64,000 bases of DNA from NCBI GenBank assembly GCA_963575745.1, contig CAUYUJ010000091.1, positions 1-64,000 of the forward strand, written 5' to 3'. The notes beneath the pieces are model-generated. The model had not been told where the DNA came from and ran no database searches. It was given only the letters and a program-made list of their open reading frames with translations. Below, one piece after another: positions 35,430-47,749 of this stretch. Each line of letters opens with the position of its first letter. Positions within the stretch are counted from its first letter, which is position 1. A program made the translations under genes and the position numbers. Source of the DNA: Prorocentrum cordatum (Eukaryota).

Positions 35430-36005
35430 TCTTCGGCCCCGTGGGGCCCTCGCCGGGCCTCGGGAAAACGACTCAGGATGAAAAAGCGGTCCTGGGGGAA
35501 GGGTCGGGACTTTCGGGGACGCCGTCCTGACAAAATCAGGACGTCGCATGTCTAGGTCCCCATCCATCCAGACCCCCCAGCATCCTTGCACCCCAGTTGG
35601 GGCACACACCTCGAAACCCGAAGGGGACGGCCCACATCCCCATCCAGGGGGGTAAATCGGCCAGAGGGGCCCAGCCCACGCTGGTGGGGATGGGGATCGG
35701 TCAAACGATGCTCACTTCCTCGGAGGCCTAGAGGTTGTACCAGCGGAGTGGCTCCACCGAGGGAAACGGATCCCGATCTCGCTGACGTTGGTAATATGCT
35801 CGGGCTTCCAGAAGCGAGCAGCACCAGAATCCAGAATCGTCTTCCTTCCGTTGAGGCAACCCCGTGCATTCCCAGAGATCCGACGCTGTGATTTTTCAAT
35901 ACGAGGTCCCAGGAAATCTGGACCCATTCCCGAGGACCAGTTCTTCATCCTGAGTCGTTGTTTGACGGTCCCGAGGCCAGGCGAGGGCCCTTATAGGGGC
36001 CGAAA
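35430..36005. repeat. Family N: ~90-bp inverted arms (35430-35520 / 35915-36005)
   Basis: TTCGGCCCC…GGGCCCTCGCC…ACGACTCAGGATGAA against TTCATCCTGAGTCGT…GGCGAGGGCCC…GGGGCCGAA. Single arms at ~53122-53258 and ~48360-48440. Confidence 0.6.
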
Positions 36006-37177
36006 TTTGGGAAACATTTCCGTCTTGCTTTGATGTTTGTCAACGCGTTGGATCTATGGGGACCGAGCCCCCCCCCCCCTTGGGCTCCACCTCTTGCTGC
36101 GCGTCGCTCTTGCATTTGGCCAGCGACGTGCAGGGGGGCCCCAGCTGCGCGGGCGGTGGCCCCGCTGGGCCGTGCTCGTGCCGTGCCGTGCCTAGGGGCC
36201 GAAACTTGCGACAGCAAGTCCGTCCTGCTTTTTCTCAGTACGCTGGATCTCTGGGTTGCGGAGTTGCACCCCGCCGGGGTGCCACCCCCCTTCCCCCGCA
36301 GAGGATGGGGGTGGCGGGGGACGTGACGGGGCGGGCGGGCCCCCGCGGGAGGCGCGGCAGGAGCTGGCGTCGCAGAGGGAGGAGCTCGCCAGGAGTCCGG
36401 GGGGGCGCGCCCTCGCTCCGCGGGCCAGAGGGGAGGGGAGGGGAGGAGGAGGGGGGAGGACCTGAGGAGGAGCAGGAGGAGGAAGAGGAGGAAGAGGAGG
36501 AAGAGGAGGAGGAGGAGGAGGCAGACTTCGACGACGAGGGAGGAGGGAGGAGCATGTGGACTAGGAGGAGGATGAGGATGGAGGATGGGTGGAGGTTGGA
36601 GAAGGAGGAGGGAGAGGATAGAGGTGAAGAAAGGAGTGAGGAAAGGGAGGTGGAGCAGGAGGAGGAGGGGGAGGAGGAGGGGGGGGAAGCGATAGGAAGA
36701 GGATCGTACGAGTAGGAGGAGGGGAGGTGGGAGGAGGAGGAGGAGCAGGAGGAGGCAACATGTTAGTTTAACATCGACGCGTGTTGACGGGGCCCCCTTG
36801 GGCGCAGACTGGGGATCCTGGCCTCGGTATCGTTTAACCGACCGCCCATCCCCATCCCCATCCCCATCCCTCGAAGGGAACAAACGGTATAGACATACAG
36901 TTTTGGCGGTTCTCGGGGGTGTCTTGGATCCGTTCTGGGCTCCCAGGGAGGGGCTTCAAGCGCGGGTGAAAGAAATCTGCGCTTAATGTCAAAGTTTATG
37001 TTTATGCCTTTTGTTGCTCCTCTAATATTCCCGTCCGCATCCCCATCCCAAGCACGACGATCTGAGCACCCCAGTTGGGGATATATGGTCCCGGGCTCCG
37101 GGCCCACGGCCCCCCCCCCAGATGGTATGGTCCCAGGATTCCTCGGGCCCCCCCCCCCAGATGGTATGGTCCCAGAG

Positions 37178-37181
37178 ACGA

Positions 37182-37216
<35 letters not shown>

Positions 37217-37219
37217 AGC

Positions 37220-37271
<52 letters not shown>

Positions 37272-37546
37272 ACGGCGACGGCGACGACGATGACGACGAC
37301 CACGACGACGACGACGACGGCTGCGGCGGCGACGACGCCGGCGGCGGCGGCGGCGACGACGACGATGACGACGATGACGACGGCGACGACGACGATGACG
37401 ACGACGACGACGACGACAATGACGACGACGACGACGACGAGGACGACGACGACGACGACGACGAGGACGACGAGGACGACGAGGACGACGACGAGGACGA
37501 CGACGACGGCGACGTCGACGACGAGGACGACGACGACGACGACGAC
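37178..37546. repeat. (GAC)n microsatellite; also 54470-55535
   Basis: Directly visible. Confidence 0.95.
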
Positions 37547-37944
37547 CTGTTAACCACCACAGCACCACACCACATCCACAGGGGGGGAGGGGGGCACCGC
37601 AGCGCAGCACCACGCCACGCCCACCTCTGAACCACCACAGCACCACACCACATCCACAGGGGGGGGGGGGGGCACCGCAGCGCAGCACCACGCCACGCCC
37701 ACAGGGGGGGGCGGGGGGGACCATCGCGCGGGGGGGGGGGGGGGGGGCACATCAGCATTGGGGGGGAAGGGGGGGGGCCAAGCCCTGGACCATATACCCT
37801 TCGAAGCCCGAAGGGAAGAGCCACTATCCCCACACAGGGGGGTAAAGTGGCCAGTTGGGGCCCAGGCCACGCCGGGGTGGGGTGGGGGGGTTAGGATCGG
37901 TTAAACGATGCCCATGACCAGTTTCCGAAGCCTCCTAGAGACGT

Positions 37945-38110
37945 AGCGTTAAGTCGGGCGTGTCCCTCTACAGGAGGAATCTCCAGACATATTTTGAAAA
38001 TCGAATGGGGACGAGGTTTTGAGTATTTTTCCTATTTGGGAGTATGTTTCGGATATTTTTGGTTGCTCCTCCAAAATCCGCCTGTAGGGGGACTTGCCCG
38101 ACCTAAACGT
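37945..38110. mobile_element. MITE family O (TTAAGTCGGGC…CTACAGG / CCTGTAG…GCCCGACCTAA)
   Basis: Terminal inverted repeats. Further copies at ~48717-48876, ~52744-52900 and ~63158-63482, plus a partial copy at ~48040-48066. Confidence 0.65.
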
Positions 38111-39939
38111 AGCGTTCTGGCCACACACCGCGGAGCACTGACTCGATCCGCGTCCCCAGCCGCGAGACAGGGGTGGAGGACGAGGCTCGACGAGGCGGAG
38201 GCGGGGACGGAAGCCCGCCCGCTCGCAACTTCTCGGCACGGCCGACGATGAGGTGAGGCTTGCGGGGTGGCATCGCCTTCTTGAGGAAGGGAGGAGGAGA
38301 GGGATGGAGGGAAGAGCGGGGGAACGGAAAGGGAGGGGGGGAGGGAGTGAGGGAGGAGAGGAGGTGGAGGAGGACGGGGACGAGGAGGTGGAGGAGAGGG
38401 AGGAGGAGGAGGAGGAGGAGGACGAGGAGGCGGAGGAGGCGGAGGAGGCGAGGACGAGTACGAGGAGTACGGAGGGGGATGGGGCAGGAGGAGGAGGAGG
38501 AGGAGGAGGAGGATGTGGAGTGAGGAGAGCAGGAGGAGGAGGAGGGGGAGGAGGAGGAGGAGGAGGAGGAGGAGGGAGGAGGGGAGGTGGAGGAGGACTA
38601 GGAGGAGGAGGACTAGGAGGAGGAAGACGAGGAGGAGGACGAGGAGGACGAGGAGGACGAGGAGGACAAGGAGGACGAAGAGGACGAGGAGAACGAGGAG
38701 GACGAGGTGGACGAGGAGGAGGAGGACGAGGAGGAGGAGGACGAGGACGAGGACGAGGAGGAGGAGGACGAGGAGGAGGAGGAGGAGGACGAGGAGGAGG
38801 AGGATGATGATCAGGAGGAGGAGGAGGGGAGAGACGAGCCTGCCTGCAGATTCCATGCTTGGAGTTGGCGCAGGAGGCAGGAGGATAATGGAGGACGTGG
38901 TGTTTTTTTCGGTTGGGGGGGGGCGTTCTTGACATGTTTGGGGCCCCTCTTGGTCTTGGGATCATCCTCGATGCCATGGCTGGATCCGCCCTGGAATTCT
39001 GGCCAGCTGGCGCCTCGCTGTGAGTGAGGGGGGGAGGGTGGGCGCCCAGAACCCTCCTGGAGATGGAAGGGGCACCCCCAATTACACCGAAAACGGGCTT
39101 GGTGCCCCCGTACCCCCACCAGGGGCCGGCCGGCCTGTGCCTGTTGTGGCTAATTAGCCTAGTTCGCGTCCCGGACTTTGCTCTTGCCGCCTGACCGTCG
39201 TCTCGCGGCCGCGACCAAAAAGAAGTACCCCCACCAGTTCGTTACCGCCTTGTCTTGGCACGTACCAGCCACGGTTGTGGCCCTGACCCCTGGCGCCCGG
39301 TGGCGACAAGGTCTGTTTGCGTACTTGGCGATTTCTCCCCACGGTACCCACTTAAGTTCGAGCGCGCTTGCACCTCTCGGACTCTGTTCTTCCTGGTTGC
39401 GCGCCGCCTTCCCGGGTCTGTCCATCTGGTGGCACCGCCTCGCTAGGCAGACGTTTGGTCTGTAGATACAGAGCAGGTCACGACATCTCCTAGCGTGCAG
39501 GATCCAATTCACCCGCACGTATGCATCAACTACCCTGGCCGCTTGCAGTCAGCTCAGCCAGCTCAGCCTCGGCCAGCTGCCCCACCGGCGGTAAGTTCTG
39601 AGTCCGGGCTCGGCCGCTGTGTTTTTAGGCTCGCGCGTTGCTAATTGGATTGGCCCGTGGCCCGGACCTTGCATCTCGGCGCCAGCGCTTCCGCTTGCGC
39701 TCGCGAGAAAAATCTCCCCACAAACCGCTTTCCGCCCCTGGCCCTGGCATCTCCGTGCAGCTTGCAGCCTACCTGAGGCGACGCTGAGGCTGCTAGTTGT
39801 TTAGGCTACGCCGCTCTAGCTTGCTCCTGTTGTAATTAGTAGGCCCGCGCCCCGGACTTACGACTCGCCGCTTGCGCTCTCGCCTGCGGCTGCGACCAAA
39901 AAAAGTATCCCCACCAGCCCGTCCAGAATTGATTGCCTG

Positions 39940-40590
39940 TTTTCTTGAGGCCTCTTTGGAGGCTATCTTGAGCCATGATCGGCTACCTTGGACCATCTTG
40001 AGGCTGCCGTGAGGCCTCTTGGAGGTCTGCCGGGGGCTATATGGAGCGAGGCTTGGCTATCTTAGCCGTTTTGAAAACCGCATTTGCCTATCTAGGGCTC
40101 TCTTGGAGCCATATTGGGCCAAACAGGGCGGGGTGGAGGGTTTTTTGGGGAGAGGCTGGGAGGCCTCTTGGGGTCATCTTGGGCCCCGTGGCTCAAAAAG
40201 AGGAGGTCCCTCAATTAACATCGCCCCCTCGGAGGCTCTCAAACGGCATCTCGGGGCCCTCTTGGAGCGCTCTTGGGCGCCTCTTGGGCGATCTTGGGGC
40301 CGTCTTCGGCCTTTTTGGGCCCCTCTTGGGCCTCTGTTGGGCCATATTGAGGCTTCCAACGCCCATCGGAAGCGGAAAGGCGATAATGCTAAAAGCATTG
40401 ATTACCCCTACGTTTTTGAAGGGTTTGGGCATCTTGGAGGGCGCCGTGGAGAGCTCGGAGGGCACTTGGATCCGTCTTGGGGCCTCTTGGGGGTATGTCG
40501 GAGGCTATTTTGACCCATCTTGAAGTAGCATGGGCCATCTTGGAGGCCATCTTGCGACTTTGAAGCCCTCTTGGAGCCTTTTTGGACGCT
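39940..40590 (+). repeat. Degenerate (GGCCTCTTGG)-type short-period repeat; also 46130-46700, 49000-49200 and inverted at 25040-25400
   Basis: Recurrent TCTTGG/GGCCTC motifs at roughly 10-11 bp spacing. Confidence 0.7.
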
Positions 40591-41157
40591 GCGGTGCCTC
40601 CGCCCCCCCCCCTTCCCAGGCCCAGGGGAGGGGGTAGGGGGAGGGGTAGCGAGAAGAAAACAACGCGTTATACACCTAAGCCCAGAGGGCTGGTGGGATT
40701 CGGGAGGAGGAGGAGGAGGAGGAGGAGGAGGAGGAGGAGGAGGAGGAGGAGGAGGAGGAGGGAGGAGGGGAGAGGGACGAGGAGGAGGAGGCGGAGGAGG
40801 AAGATGAGAAGGAGGAGGAGGAGCAGGAGGAGGAGGAGGTGGAGGACGAGGACGAGGACGAGAACGAGGACGAGGAGGAGGAAGAGGAGGAGGAGGAGGA
40901 CGAGGAGGAGGAGGGCGAGGAGGAGGAGGAGGAGGAAGAGGAGGAGGAGGAGGAGGACGAGGAGGAGGAGGAGGAGGGCGAGGAGGAGGCCGAGGAGTTG
41001 GGCGAGGAGGAGGAAGAGGCGGAGGAGGAGGAGGAAAAGGAGAGTCTGCCGACCGCGTCCGGCCCCCCTGGGCGGAAGCGCGTGCGGCCTCTGCGGCGGC
41101 GGCCGTTCGCAGAAACGACGAGCTCCTGTGCACCGCACTGCGCCGGCGTCTCCCGAG

Positions 41158-41196
41158 GCGTGGTCGATCCTCGACCTGAGCGTCGAGACCTTCCAG
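41158..41196 (+). CDS. Candidate internal exon (AWSILDLSVETFQ)
   Basis: GAG|G acceptor, CAG|GT donor, 39 nt, GC3-rich codons. Confidence 0.42.
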
Positions 41197-41435
41197 GTGG
41201 GGTCGGAGGATCGCGCCGCGTCGCCGATGCATCGCCGATGCATCGCCGATGCGGCTAGATGGGGAGCCCGATTTGCTTCGCGTGGACGTTGCCGATGCAT
41301 CGCTGACGTCGAAGATGCATCGCTGGTGCATCGCCGATACGTCTCCGAGGCATTGCCGATGCATCGGCGATGCGGCGCGATCCTCCGACCCCAATTACTC
41401 CGACCCCATCTAGGCTCATCTAGGAGGCCTCTAGA
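41192..41435. mobile_element. Foldback family B copy, left end coincident with a splice donor
   Basis: GGGGTCGGAGGATCGCGCCGC…GCGGCGCGATCCTCCGACCCC…GGAGGCCTCTAGA. Confidence 0.78.
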
Positions 41436-41611
41436 GCGGCGCAAGAAAACGGGGTCGTCTTCGCCGACAATCGCGCAAGCTGCCCGCGTAAGGTCGCGCG
41501 TACCATCATTTCAGTGTGGCGTGCCGCGTGGATGGCCCGCGTGAGCCGCGGCGTTAGCCAGCTCGCTATATCATCTCGCGTAAGCCCCGTTTTTGATCGT
41601 CGCTCACCCAG

Positions 41612-41688
41612 GAGTGGCACGGTGCACAGCTTCTCGGCCCTCGGGGCCGGAGACCTGAGCACCGTGCTGCGCTGGAGCGTGGTTTGCA
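41612..41688 (+). CDS. Candidate internal exon (EWHGAQLLGPRGRRPEHRAALERGL)
   Basis: CAG|G acceptor and GTGAGT donor at 41689. It is 77 nt long and phase-compatible with both neighbours. Confidence 0.42.
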
Positions 41689-42230
41689 GTGAGTCCCGGC
41701 ATGGTACGGCGCGCGTGCGCCGTTCGCGTATACGGCCCCGAGCGGCCCGGCCGGTCGAGGGGTCCGGGCGCCTGCGTCGCGGGAGGAGCACGACGTCGGA
41801 GGTCTCGAGCTTGCCCTCCCCCCACCCTCGCCGTCCTTCGCCTCGTGCCTGCGTGGGGGAGGGTTGGCACCTGTAGCGCGGGCGATGCATCCGTACGTAG
41901 TGGTGCTTCGCTTATTGTTTGGTCCGCGGCCGCTTGGCTCGAGCAGCGTTCGAGCGACGGAGGGGGGGTCCCGAGGCGAAGTGAGGCACGTAAGCAGGCA
42001 CGGCGAGAGGAGGAGGGGTCGCGGGGGGAGGCGGGACCACGCTTAGAACATGCAGTCACTGTGCGCGAGGTCTGGAGGCGCGCGCAGCGAAGTGGAAGTC
42101 CTTGGAAGGAGCGGAGCGCGATGTCGCAAGCGAGGATACAACCAATAATGCAGATTCTTGGCCGAGCAGAGAGTCTGGTCGCCAGGGCGTGCGTGTTGCC
42201 ATTTCCCTCCTCTCCCTTCTCCTCCTCATA

Positions 42231-42407
42231 CAGTGGAGGCCCATGCCAAGAAACACCCTGCTTACCTCCAGGGTGGCCCTGGGCTTCTTGGGTTTCGATG
42301 GTTTTGCGATGGAAAGCGTGACGTTTCCACACCAAAAGTCAATGGACGTTCTGGGGTCTCAGGGTTGGGTTTCTTGGGGAAGGCCTTTTGTGGTCGAGCC
42401 CCCGCTG
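42231..42407 (+). mobile_element. MITE family A copy
   Basis: TA|CAGTGGAGGCCC…GAGCCCCCGCTG|TA, with the same internal sequence as the 21577 copy. Confidence 0.82.
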
Positions 42408-42411
42408 TACC

Positions 42412-42428
42412 TGTGTGTGTGTGCGCGC

Positions 42429-42459
<31 letters not shown>

Positions 42460-42461
42460 TG

Positions 42462-42493
<32 letters not shown>

Positions 42494-42497
42494 TGTG

Positions 42498-42537
<40 letters not shown>

Positions 42538-42905
42538 TGTGTGCGTGTGTGCGTGTGTGCGTGTGTGCGTGTGTGCGTGTGTGCGTGTGTGCGTGTGTGC
42601 GTGTGTGCGTGTGTGCGTGTGTGCGTGTGTGCGTGTGTGCGTGTGTGCGTGTGTGCGTGTGTGCGTGTGCGTGTGTGCGTGTGTGCGTGTGTGCGTGTGT
42701 GCGTGTGTGCGTGTGTGCGTGTGTGCGTGTGCGTGTGCGTGTGCGTGTGCGTGTGCGTGTGCGTGTGCGTGTGCGTGTGCGTGTGCGTGTGCGTGTGCGT
42801 GTGCGTGTGCGTGTTCTTGTGCGTGTGCGTGTGCGTGTGCGTGTGCGTGTGCGTGTGCGTGTGCGTGTGCGTGTGCGCGTGTGTGTGCGCGTGTGTGTGC
42901 GCGTG

Positions 42906-42966
<61 letters not shown>
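42412..42966. repeat. Compound TG/CG microsatellite
   Basis: (TGCG)n, then mixed longer periods, (GTGTGC)n and (TG)n. Confidence 0.95.
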
Positions 42967-42968
<2 letters not shown>

Positions 42969-43837
42969 TTGGGGGGGCGGCCTGGGGGCACCCGAGCGAT
43001 GCCGAACAGAAACAAACCCATCTGCACCGACTTTGACTGCGCAGGCTGCCCGCGCAGGCTCGCGTGTGTCAGCGCCCGCGTCTCCGATGCAGCGTGCCGC
43101 GCTGGCGTCCCGAGCACAGTCAGCCCGCACAATAAGGATGAGCCACCTTCCCAAGGGTACCTCCTCCTCTTCCTCCTTCTCCTCCTCCTCCTCGGTCCAT
43201 CCTTGGCGGCGCCCCGCTCGCAAAGTGTGAACAACGTGACCTTCCAAGGCCCTTGCGTCCTCATCGTGCATCCTTCTGGTGCGGGTTGGCTGTAGGCGCC
43301 GCTTGAGGTCGCGGTGCCATCTCGCGCAAGACCCGTTTCGATCGTCGCTCAGCTGCAGTCCGGGCGGGGCACTTGGGAGTCCGCGGGAGGGGCACATGTC
43401 GCCCAGCCTCAAAGGAGGGGGGGGGGCGGGCACCTGTAGTGCGCGGGGCCGCCCCGTCGCGCGAGTGGGGGCGACTTGGGGGGGGCACCGGTAGTCCAGC
43501 GGGAGGGGGGGACGGGGTCAGTGCCCTCCCTCCCCCCTCCTCGCCCTGCCCGCCTCCCTTCCCTGATGCAGTCGGCTCGGGGTGGGTACCATAATTGTTC
43601 TTCGTGCTTATTGGACGTTCTTGCCTTTGGGTGTTCTGTTTGTTTGAGCCGACGGAGGTCTCGTGTTCTTGAAGGATGTGCTCCTGTCCCAGGCCTGACG
43701 CCCCCCCACCCCCTACGAGGGGTGGGGGGGAGGGGAACTCGTCTCTCGCTCTCGTCCCCCCCTCCTCCCTTCTCCAAAACAGCGCTGGACAAGAAACAAA
43801 AACAAATAAACTCCCCCCCCCACACCTCGCACTGCAG

Positions 43838-43883
43838 GACGGCCGAGCACGCCGGCGGCCTGGTGGCGGAGCTGCGCTCCCAG
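43838..43883 (+). CDS. Internal exon (xTAEHAGGLVAELRSQ)
   Basis: TGCAG|G acceptor and CAG|GT donor. Joins 44109 in phase 0. Confidence 0.55.
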
Positions 43884-44108
43884 GTTCGGGAGCCTTGAGA
43901 CGGGGGTCAATGCAAGCGGAGGTCCGCCAGAGCGCCCGATCTTGCAGGATCCTGCAGGGTGCATTGACCCGGGCTTGGGCGCAGGATCCTGCAGGCTCTT
44001 GCAGGATCCTTCGCCTTGACCCGGGCTTTGGGTGCAGGATCTTGCGGGATCCCGCAAGGCCTGACTGACCCAGGTCTGGACTGGCCCAGGCCAGAAGATC
44101 CCCGACAG
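43884..44108 (+). mobile_element. Family C element (GATCCTGCAGGATC-rich) forming a whole predicted intron
   Basis: Shares CGGGAGCCTTGAGACGGGGGTCA and its internal motifs with 235-525. GT…AG ends lie between in-phase exons. Confidence 0.6.
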
Positions 44109-44489
44109 GTGAAGCGCCAGCTCGGGCAGCTCGCGCTGCGCGTGGAGCTGCGCCGCTCCGCCGCCGCGGAGGCGCCCTCGCCCTCGGCGGCGACTTCGCC
44201 CTCGGCGGGCGCCGCAGCGCCGGCGGAGCCCTCGCCGACGGCGGGCCGCGGCGCCGAGCAGCGGCAGCGACAGGCCTCGCCGGCGGCTGCAGCGGGCGAG
44301 GCCCCGGCGGCGACGCCGCCGGCGGGCGGGCAGCCGCGCGGCGAGGCGCCGTCGCCGACGGCGCGGGCAGCGGCGCCGCCGTGGGCCTCGCCGTCGGCCA
44401 CGCCGTTGGCGCCGCGGGAGGACGCGCCGGCGGCGGGCGGGCAGCCGCGCGGCGAGGCGCCGTCGCCGAAGGGCGCCGCCACGGCCTGA
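44109..44489 (+). CDS. Terminal exon of unknown gene (helical segment, then Ala/Pro/Ser-rich tail)
   Basis: CAG|G acceptor at 44108. Reads VKRQLGQLALRVELRRSAAA...KGAATA*, with GC3-rich codons and an in-phase upstream exon. Confidence 0.6.
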   Translation: MKRQLGQLALRVELRRSAAAEAPSPSAATSPSAGAAAPAEPSPTAGRGAEQRQRQASPAAAAGEAPAATPPAGGQPRGEAPSPTARAAAPPWASPSATPLAPREDAPAAGGQPRGEAPSPKGAATA

Positions 44490-47400
44490 CGACCCAGCCC
44501 ACAAAACAAGAGAGTCGCGACCGTGCAGGTGGCACCGCGCAGGTGCGGATACGAGTGAGAGGGCGGGCGCGGGACGGGTCGCGGGGGGTCGCGGGGGGTG
44601 CGCTGGGAGGGTCGCGGGGGGGTCGCTGGCGAGGACGACGACGACAGACGAGCAAACAAACAAACAGCACGCACAAAAGTCTGGGTCACGGGATCCCTTC
44701 TCAGCCACGCACCCAGGGGCAATGAATGACCTCTCGGCCCCCTCACTCTAAGAAGTGATTGCCAAACCAGTGCGTGCACTCAGATCGATGAACAACACAA
44801 CTGCACAAGCTTCAGCTTACGGAGCTCCGCGTGATATGCGGAGGCCTCCCCTGGCGGCGCCTCTGGCGCCGCCCCTGCCGCGAGTGGCTCCGAAGTTTTA
44901 TGTCAATGCAGTTCTCTTCCCCTACAAGAAGCGCTTGCATTTGGGAGGGTGCAATTCTTCGATAGTAGGATGGGTGTGCCGAGGTTTCGCCACGTGGGCG
45001 CCTATGTTCAAGCAGAGGCGAAGCGTCCTGTCTCGCGTATAGGCCCACCAAATAATGTTCTAAGAACCCTTCGTGTTCTGCACGAAATGTTATTAGACAT
45101 TGTCTGGCCGTGATGGTTCTGTTTTAACACATCAGGTCAATGTTCTAAGGACAGTGTTTTTATCTAACCCCATGCCCAGGATAATAAAGTACCCCCCCTT
45201 AAATCGTTAGAGTTTTATCGTCGACCAACAAGAGTTTGGTCGGGGGCGCGGGGGCGCGGAGGCCGAACTTCATTATCACTGGGAAAGTTCGCCATCGAGG
45301 TTACTTCCTTCTCATGTTGAGATAACAACATCAAGCGAAGCGAACACGTTTTTTCTTTGTGTTGCTTTATGTTTCTCTCTTTCTCTCTTTTTCTTTGTGT
45401 TGCTTTCTGTTTCTCTCTCTCTCTCTCTGTCTCTCTCTGTCTTTCTTTCTCCTCCTCCCTCTGGCGCCCTGAACTTGTTTATCGCTGGGTTTGATTATCC
45501 TGGGAAAACTAAGCACATGAGCTACCTACCCTACACGAGCAGATGAACATTTCAATTTCCATTAAGCGTTTACACATTAAATCTAATAAGTTTTCAACTT
45601 TGGATTGTTGCTTCTACCTCCTTCTCTGTTTCTCCTGCTCTTCCTCATTATCATCCTTCTCATCCTCCTTTTCTTCTTTCTTCATATTTCTCTTTCTATT
45701 TCTTTTTCTTCTTGCCTCCCTGGCCCCCTGAACTTGACAAATATTTCAGGGATGTCTCAAGCGGAACAAGCAATTCGCTGAGGATGTCTCAACCGAGACA
45801 AATCATTGTTGAGGATGTCTCATAGAGGACCAAAGACCAAGGATTCTCAAGATATCTTTGGCTTTTTCCTCTTGATATCTCTTTATGCTGGCTCTGGCGG
45901 GCAACTTTTATTATCCCCCGAAAACCCCGAACTTTATTATCCCTTAGGGTTTATTATCCGCAGTAAAAGGTTAATCGCTTTGCTCATTCTGCCCGCCCAT
46001 ATTGCCTCGCCGCTGTCGTTTGTCGGGGTGTTGTTGTCAATGCGGTGCGGTTGGGCGGCTGCAATGCTGCGGAGGCGGTTGGTGGCGGGTCAGACGCCTC
46101 ACGGATGTTGGTTGGGATCTCGTGGTTGGCCTCTCAGGGGCTTTTGGGAGGCAGTTTTGAGGCCTCGTAGGGGGCCGTGTTGGGGCCTCTTGGGGCTTCT
46201 TGGGGTGCCTCTTGGGGGCCCCTTGGGGCCTTTTGGGGGCCTCTTAAAGGCCTTTTGGGGCTGAAGGCTGGACTTTTCGGTTCCTGGTCCCCTTCTTGGG
46301 CCCCTCATGGGGCCGTTTTGGGGATCTCTTGGGCCGTCTTGGGCGCCTCTTGGACTGTCTTGGGGCCATCTTGGGCCGTCTTGGGCCCTCTTTGAGGCTT
46401 CGTTGGGGCGGTCTTGGAAGCCTCTTGGGCCGTCATGGAGCGGCGGTAAGCTGAAAAGGCGAGAACGCCAAAACAACCTTCAGAAACTTCAGGAACATAA
46501 GTAATTTCCGCCTCTGTGGGCCCTCTTGGGAGGTCTCTTGGAGGCCTCTTGGGGCGTCTTGACGGCGCTTTCGGCTGTCTGGATGCAATATTTGGCGTCT
46601 TGGATTGCTCTTGGACCGTCTCGGACCATGCTGAGCCCTCTCGGAGGCCACTTGAAGCGCTCCTGGAGCGCTCTTGGGAGTCTGCTGGGACCTGGCATTG
46701 TTTTTATTCCTGGATCACTGTGGGGTTCCAAGAACATTACGTGGTAGGTCTATAGGAATGCCGGGACGGACGGTCCCTGCTCAATCTTCCGGCGTCTCCC
46801 TACGCGTCCAGAGGACCGAGGTGAGGGCGGAAGCAGTCCGGGCGATGATCGACAGCAGTCCCTGCCCGCTTTGAGCCCCTCCCGCTGTGGGTGACTGTCG
46901 CCGCGGGTGCCGCCCGCCCGTGCCGAGAGGCGCCTTCCCAGCAGCGGCCACTGTCGGTGTGGACAGAACGTTTTTTTTTCTCGGAAGCTGGAGCATATAC
47001 ATTGCCAGTGGCGGGTTTTGCTTCCATCCCACGACTTTTTGAGGGTCGGGGACGACGTCGGGGTGGGTGTGGTGTACACTTCCCCCCCGTCTTCCAAGGG
47101 AAACAGCGAAACATGCATACACCAGGATCCCGCATGCACCAGGACCCGCCCTCCAGTGCCAATGTCGATGCGGGGCCGGCAAAAGCGCCGGTGCATAGAG
47201 TCCGATCCCCCCTTTTTCTGGTGCGAAGGCCCGTGGGTGCGTGGTGCGAAGGCCCCGCGGGCGCGCATCCCGCTCCGTCCTTGCGTGGTGCGTGGTGCGA
47301 AGGCCCCGCGGGCGCGCATCCCGCTCCGTCCTTGCGTGGTGCGTGGTGCGAAGGCCCCGTGGGTGCGTGGTGCGTGGTGCGATAGTCCCCGCTCCGTGGC

Positions 47401-47749
47401 GCGACGGCCCCGCGGGTGCGCCGCAGCTCCGCCCGCGCGGCCGGCACGCCTCCGCCCGCGGGCGCCCCGTGGGCGCTCCGCGTGCCCGGGGGGCCGCTCC
47501 GCGTGCCCGGAGGGCGCGCGCGCGCGCGTGCCGAGGCCCCTCGCCGCGCGGCCGCCCGCGGGGGCGCCCCTCTGGGCGCTGCGCGGGTCCGCGCTGAAGT
47601 CGGGCCCGTCCCCCCCCCCCTCCTCTGCAGGGGGAAGATAGATATTCAGAGGTGGTCAAGACGTGCAGTGGGGGCGCGCATCAAGGAACCATCTGCTGCT
47701 CGTCAGGGTATCCTGCAGGGGGGATGGATTCAGAAGTGGTCAAGACATG

